Below, in pieces: positions 62,715 through 64,000 of a stretch of DNA of 64,000 bases. The notes under the pieces are model-generated. The model made no database searches. It was not told the DNA's origin and saw only the letters and a list, made by a program, of their open reading frames with translations. Made by a program: the position numbers and the translations under genes. The stretch spans positions 75,082,001-75,146,000 of the forward strand of contig OX597831.1 in the NCBI GenBank assembly GCA_951406725.2, given 5' to 3'. Every line of letters starts with the position of its first letter. Position 1 is the first letter of the stretch. The DNA is from Octopus vulgaris. Its lineage: Eukaryota.

Positions 62715-62874
62715 TACTCTTTTACATGTTTCAGTTTCCGTCTACCAAATCCACTCACAAGGCATTGGTCGGCTCGGGGCTATAGCAGAAGACACTTGCC
62801 CAAGATGCCATGCAGTGGGACTGAACCCGGAACCATGAGGTTGGTTAGCAAGCTACTTACCACACAGCCACTCC
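62715..62874 (-). mobile_element. SINE family A with internal deletion
   Basis: Tail joined to body at the shared tttcagt. Confidence 0.88.
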
Positions 62875-63165
62875 GTGTTTTTATGCCTGTGTATGTGTGT
62901 ATGCATATGCCTGTGTATATGTGTGTATGTATGGCTTCACCAGATTGTGAATTCAATTTCCAAATCAAGAAGCATGTTGTGTTCTTGAGCAAGTTGCTCC
63001 AGTCCACTTGGCTGTATATGGGTAACCTGCCAATCAGGAGGAATATTGGTCTGCTTACCTGGCCACAGCAGGCTGACATTATTTGAATGCTAAAACAGTG
63101 CAAAGTACATTGTGACCAGCAATGTATAACAATATCCTACAGTCTGGTCAATCACATGAAATAGA

Positions 63166-63216
<51 letters not shown>

Positions 63217-63230
63217 GTAAAAAGAAGTTT

Positions 63231-63744
63231 GAAAACGCCACTATATAAGATAAATTTTAATTTTCTTAGAAATTTTACATGTTTCGGTTCTTCTTGAAAT
63301 GACGAACCTTATCAAAAATATTTTTAAAGTTAAGTGTAATAAAAGTTCATAATTGTTTCTTACTAGTCTCAACAGAGTCCACGTGGTGGTTTTTGTGAGG
63401 GGAGCATAATAGCTGTTTTGTGTGTTGACTAGATTCGTTGGCTATAATTGTGAAAATGAACGGTGGCCAAAATAGCAGTACACTGCTACTACTGCTATTT
63501 TAGCCACTGGTCATTTAGCCAACTAAAGCCAATGAATCTAGTCAACACACAAGACAGCTATTATGCTCCCCCTCACAAAAAACCACCACGTGGACTCTGT
63601 TGAGACTAATAAGAAACAATTATGAACTTTTTTATTACACTTAACTTTTAAAAATATTTTTGATAAGGTTCGTCATTTCAAGAAGAACCGAAACATGTAA
63701 AATTTCTAAGAAAATTAAAATTTATCTTATATAGTGGCGTTTTC
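63231..63744. mobile_element. 514-bp near-perfect palindrome in (TA)n with a hammerhead ribozyme on each strand
   Basis: ~250-bp arms, ~9-nt loop at 63481-63489; + 63656-63703 attt-TTGATAA-ggttc..gaacc-GAAA-C-at-G-TA-aaat; identical mirror at 63272-63319. Confidence 0.9.
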
Positions 63745-63747
63745 TTT

Positions 63748-63790
<43 letters not shown>

Positions 63791-63889
63791 CAGAGTAAGC
63801 ACATAAATGTGAAACAAGGTGGGAAAAAGAGTACTCAAATACCAGAGGTAGAGTAATATGCTTTATTAAAAAGCAGCAAAAATATCACA

Positions 63890-63931
63890 AAAACTGTTAC
63901 TTAGAGTTTCATGTTCCCATTTGGCAGTTTT
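63890..63931 (-). ncRNA. Decayed hammerhead (first core box lost)
   Basis: Minus: aaaactg-ccaa-atg-ggaa-cat-GAAA-C-tctaa-G-TA-acagtttt; stems are intact but CUGANGA is missing. Confidence 0.4.
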
Positions 63932-64000
63932 GTTTAGAATGGAACAAAAATAAGGTTATAAGCAAAAGTATACAATTGACTTGGAGAAAGTGAAACTCTG

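Overview
AT-rich, repeat-saturated metazoan DNA, most likely an octopus (inferred from recalled octopus SINE families; not checked against a database). Most of the window looks intronic. There is one convincing coding exon on the + strand (acceptor before 20493, ATG 20633, donor ATG|gtaagt after 21814), encoding an unidentified 394-aa N-terminus with a poly-Asn tract, followed by a 23-bp minisatellite. The rest is about 20 copies of a ~390-bp tRNA/CORE-type SINE (family A), two further tRNA-derived SINE families (B, D), 3' ends and ORF2 remnants of RTE-clade LINEs (two with a PHD-type Cys4-His-Cys3 finger inside the RT region), an L1/Tx1 remnant, non-autonomous Helitrons, Tc1/mariner and piggyBac-like MITEs, and microsatellites. 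The most notable signal is about 12 minimal type-I hammerhead-ribozyme motifs of the Penelope-like-element kind. They sit in short non-coding elements inserted in (TA)n tracts, and several of these elements are long palindromes carrying a ribozyme on each strand. One shows the U3-A8 covariation of the catalytic core. Coordinates were read by eye, so boundaries of degenerate repeats are approximate.
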